From: Candidatus Micrarchaeota archaeon
Lineage (GTDB): Archaea > Micrarchaeota > Micrarchaeia > Micrarchaeales > CABMGC01
DNA length: 64,000 nucleotides
NCBI GenBank assembly: GCA_028866835.1
Contig: JAGWHJ010000002.1
Coordinates: forward strand, 330-64,329
Direction: 5' to 3'
Position numbers and translations under genes: made by a program. The notes beneath the pieces are model-generated. The model was not told where the DNA came from and made no database searches. It saw only the letters and a program-made list of their open reading frames with translations. This document shows positions 61,597 through 64,000 of the stretch, piece after piece (position 1 is the stretch's first letter; every line of letters starts with the position of its first letter).

Positions 61597-62781
61597 CTAT
61601 TCTCTCATCAGATGCTGAGCGTATGCGATTGGGTTGCGTAGGATAACCTCCATCTGCCTGCTCCAACTCTCTGATATGTGAGAAAGATCCCCGCCATACT
61701 TGACTGCAAGCTCGCGTGTAAGCCCCGTACCTGGCTTATCGTTTATTTCAAGGTATCTACCGACCATGTCCTCCCCCAAAACTATGTCAAAGCCTATCTC
61801 CCCGCTAGGCGAACCCGCCTTCCTTTCCAAAGCCTTCAATACCTTTACCCCGGATTCTACAAGGCCCCCTCTTATCGATTCGAAGTTAGGCGATACGATG
61901 GCTGGGTCTTCTGCCACGACATCTACATTCGACTGCTCAAATCCCTTTGCTCCTACATAAGCGTATATCACCGGCACATCAAGGTTTCCGGATCCGTTTC
62001 TCTGAAATAAGACCCTGAAGCTACAGGAGCGGCCATCAATTTTCGCTATTTTTATCCCTTCCTGTACCAGGTACTCGCTTCCGTCCATCCTGCCCTCTAT
62101 AAACTCCAGTGCATCATCCAATTTTCCAAATGGTATTCGTACATTCTCATTGGATTTCCTAACCCAAAAATCATCAGAATCTTTGACTAGGAACCGATTC
62201 CCCTCTTTCGATATAGTAAATTGACTCATTCCCCCTTCACCCACTACCTTCTTTATGAATATGAAACCTGTCTTGGCAATAAGCGTTGCTGCGTTATCCG
62301 GGCTATAGACCATTGTCGCAGGGGTATTAACTCCTGCCTCAATGAAAACATCATGGTTAAGCAATTTGCTGTCGCATATCTCCCTTACGACTGGATCGTT
62401 GACGAATTTGGTGCCAATGCGTCTGAATGCCTCCAAAATCTGGCCATGGATATCCATATCGCACGAACCACTGGTGCCATGCCCGGCATAGTCATATACT
62501 ACTCTCACATTTGCAGAAGGTAGAGCCAGTTCGTGCATCTCCGAGCCGTCCCAATACCTTGCGCTAACTGTCCCATTACCAATTATGCTTGCTACGTTTT
62601 CTGGTGTAATATCTATGCTTAATAGTCTAGAGCCCATATCACTTGCAACGACGGCTCTTTCCATGTAAGTAGCCATCCCATACCCCCCGGCCTTGCCCGT
62701 ATAGGGATTGCTCAGCATGCCTATTGCATCGCCTTCGATTGCGGGGCTTGCCTTTCTGGCCCTCATTTTTTGCATTTCCAT
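61597..62781 (-). CDS. YheC/YheD-like ATP-grasp ligase
   Basis: FIFIKKVVGEGG, CSFRVLFQRNGSGNLDV, GEIGFDIVLGEDMVGRYLEINDKPG. Confidence 0.65.
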   Translation of the reverse strand: MEMQKMRARKASPAIEGDAIGMLSNPYTGKAGGYGMATYMERAVVASDMGSRLLSIDITPENVASIIGNGTVSARYWDGSEMHELALPSANVRVVYDYAGHGTSGSCDMDIHGQILEAFRRIGTKFVNDPVVREICDSKLLNHDVFIEAGVNTPATMVYSPDNAATLIAKTGFIFIKKVVGEGGMSQFTISKEGNRFLVKDSDDFWVRKSNENVRIPFGKLDDALEFIEGRMDGSEYLVQEGIKIAKIDGRSCSFRVLFQRNGSGNLDVPVIYAYVGAKGFEQSNVDVVAEDPAIVSPNFESIRGGLVESGVKVLKALERKAGSPSGEIGFDIVLGEDMVGRYLEINDKPGTGLTRELAVKYGGDLSHISESWSRQMEVILRNPIAYAQHLMRE

Positions 62782-62799
62782 AATATATCCTTTCGCAGT

Positions 62800-64000
62800 T
62801 CAGATCTCAAACCTGAGACTCTCTATAAATGCCCTCATTCCCCTATCATTCAATACTTGCAGGCTCTCCTCCGAAGGTGTCGCAGAGCTGTAGAGCCGTT
62901 CATAGGCAGGCTTCAAAAACGAGACCTCCTCATGGATGCTTACCAATCCTTCTCTTGCAATATCAAGCATCTCCCCTACAGGTCTTATCCTGGCGCCGTC
63001 TATCCCAAAGCCCTCATTGGCTATCTGTCTTTTCGCAAGTCTGGTCCGGTCAATATCCCTTCCTAATACTGTCATCTCTGCCTTATCAATATTCGATGCA
63101 AGGCCCTTTACTATTGCAGCAAGAGCCATTATGTCGCTTCTAGATCTTTGCATTGAACATGTCCTCAATTCTACGCTGCCTGTACCGCCCTTCGGCCTTG
63201 CCTCCCACCTTACTGTACCTTCTACTGTAATCACATCTTCCTCGATCGGGTGTATCAAAGCCACAGAACCACCTTCGCCTACCATTGTCGCATGCGCGCT
63301 GCCCGTCGAAAGGAACTGCCCCAAAGTCATACGGTCTATCGTTGTTACGTAATACCCATTTCTCCTAAGCAGCTCCACTGGCAATGAGCATAGGCGGTCA
63401 AAATAGTCTCCAAAACCCGAAAATCTATCTGGCACGCCCCTTCCATATCTCTCCCTTAGATAATCCTCATAGAACATGGCTCTGGTATCGGCTCTTCCTG
63501 AATCAATGCCCCTGGTCACCCTAGAATTTGCGGATAGGAGCAAGAACTCTGGAGAAAACCCATTCAATATATTCGCAACTCTGACTGCATCCTCCTGGTC
63601 TTTTGCACTGACATGAAAATGTACAGCCGCATTTATTGCGTATGCAATGTCGCTATCATCTTGGACGACTGAATAAAACCTGCCCCTCGTTTTCAGCATC
63701 ATCTGATATCTGTTCAATGGAGATATCAGCACTATGCTTGGTGGCGTTAAAGGCTGCACACCATAACCAAGAGCAAAAGCCCTATTTTCTTTAGCAGAAT
63801 CAATCATCGGCCTTGTTAGTTCTGCTATCAAGTGGTTTGCTATTCCCAGGCTATTCGCAGGCGGCAATCCTACCTCCACTGTGCAAATGCCTGCCTCTGC
63901 GCTTATGTGTGCAGGATCTCCCTTCCTCATAGGCTTTAGCGCAAATCCCTCATCTGTAGCTTCCCAACCTGTGTTATCAGAAATGTCCCTGAGTATCCTC
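62800..64000 (-). CDS. glutamate-cysteine-ligase family 2 (YbdK-like carboxylate-amine ligase), N-terminus outside window
   Basis: Frame stays open upstream of Met 63930 to the window edge (...RILRDISDNTGWEATDEGFALKP-MRKG...). ISAEAGICTVEVG and AAVHFHVS fit GCS2 motifs. Confidence 0.6.
   Translation of the reverse strand, partial: RILRDISDNTGWEATDEGFALKPMRKGDPAHISAEAGICTVEVGLPPANSLGIANHLIAELTRPMIDSAKENRAFALGYGVQPLTPPSIVLISPLNRYQMMLKTRGRFYSVVQDDSDIAYAINAAVHFHVSAKDQEDAVRVANILNGFSPEFLLLSANSRVTRGIDSGRADTRAMFYEDYLRERYGRGVPDRFSGFGDYFDRLCSLPVELLRRNGYYVTTIDRMTLGQFLSTGSAHATMVGEGGSVALIHPIEEDVITVEGTVRWEARPKGGTGSVELRTCSMQRSRSDIMALAAIVKGLASNIDKAEMTVLGRDIDRTRLAKRQIANEGFGIDGARIRPVGEMLDIAREGLVSIHEEVSFLKPAYERLYSSATPSEESLQVLNDRGMRAFIESLRFEI

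Overview
Archaeal chromosomal window, roughly 50% GC by eye. Archaeal identity rests on the ribosomal-protein operons, Spt5, PriS, Pth2, aSUI1, GatD, class I LysRS and Trm5. Short TATA-to-ATG spacing suggests leaderless mRNAs. An orphan 5S rRNA closely resembles Thermoplasma-type 5S, and secreted proteins are packed with N-x-S/T sequons, so this is probably a Thermoplasmata-like or related acidophile; lineage cannot be fixed without a search.

Core content:
- Spt5-L11 and L1-L10-L12 blocks, and an L3-L4-L23-L2-S19-L22-S3-L29-aSUI1 operon.
- PriS, L15e, Pth2, GGPP synthase, aconitase plus an IDH-family dehydrogenase, GatD, LysRS, PPAT, tRNA-Asn and tRNA-Lys.

Accessory content:
- 0.2-1.7 kb: an IS200/IS605-type element with tnpA but no tnpB, carrying an AbrB-like ORF and two orphan ORFs. 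It appears to sit in the 3' end of a methyltransferase gene.
- 23.7 kb: the ribosomal operon stops abruptly after aSUI1 and is followed by three orphan membrane-protein genes.
- 27.1-45.1 kb (most interesting signal): at least seven same-orientation copies of a 60-85 nt repeat. Its 3' module is identical to the last 11 nt of tRNA-Asn plus its trailer. The copies split about 18 kb into one-gene or few-gene cassettes: a DUF1579-like protein, a DHFR-like protein, two giant glycoproteins, an SRPBCC protein, a TRASH-based copper-resistance cluster, transporters, and a truncated gene remnant. No recombinase is visible in the region. This fits serial tRNA-targeted integration or an integron-like cassette platform. 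A dispersed MITE/REP-like repeat remains possible, because one internally deleted copy lies at 60.6 kb.

No CRISPR array, cas gene, reverse transcriptase or recognisable defence gene was seen.
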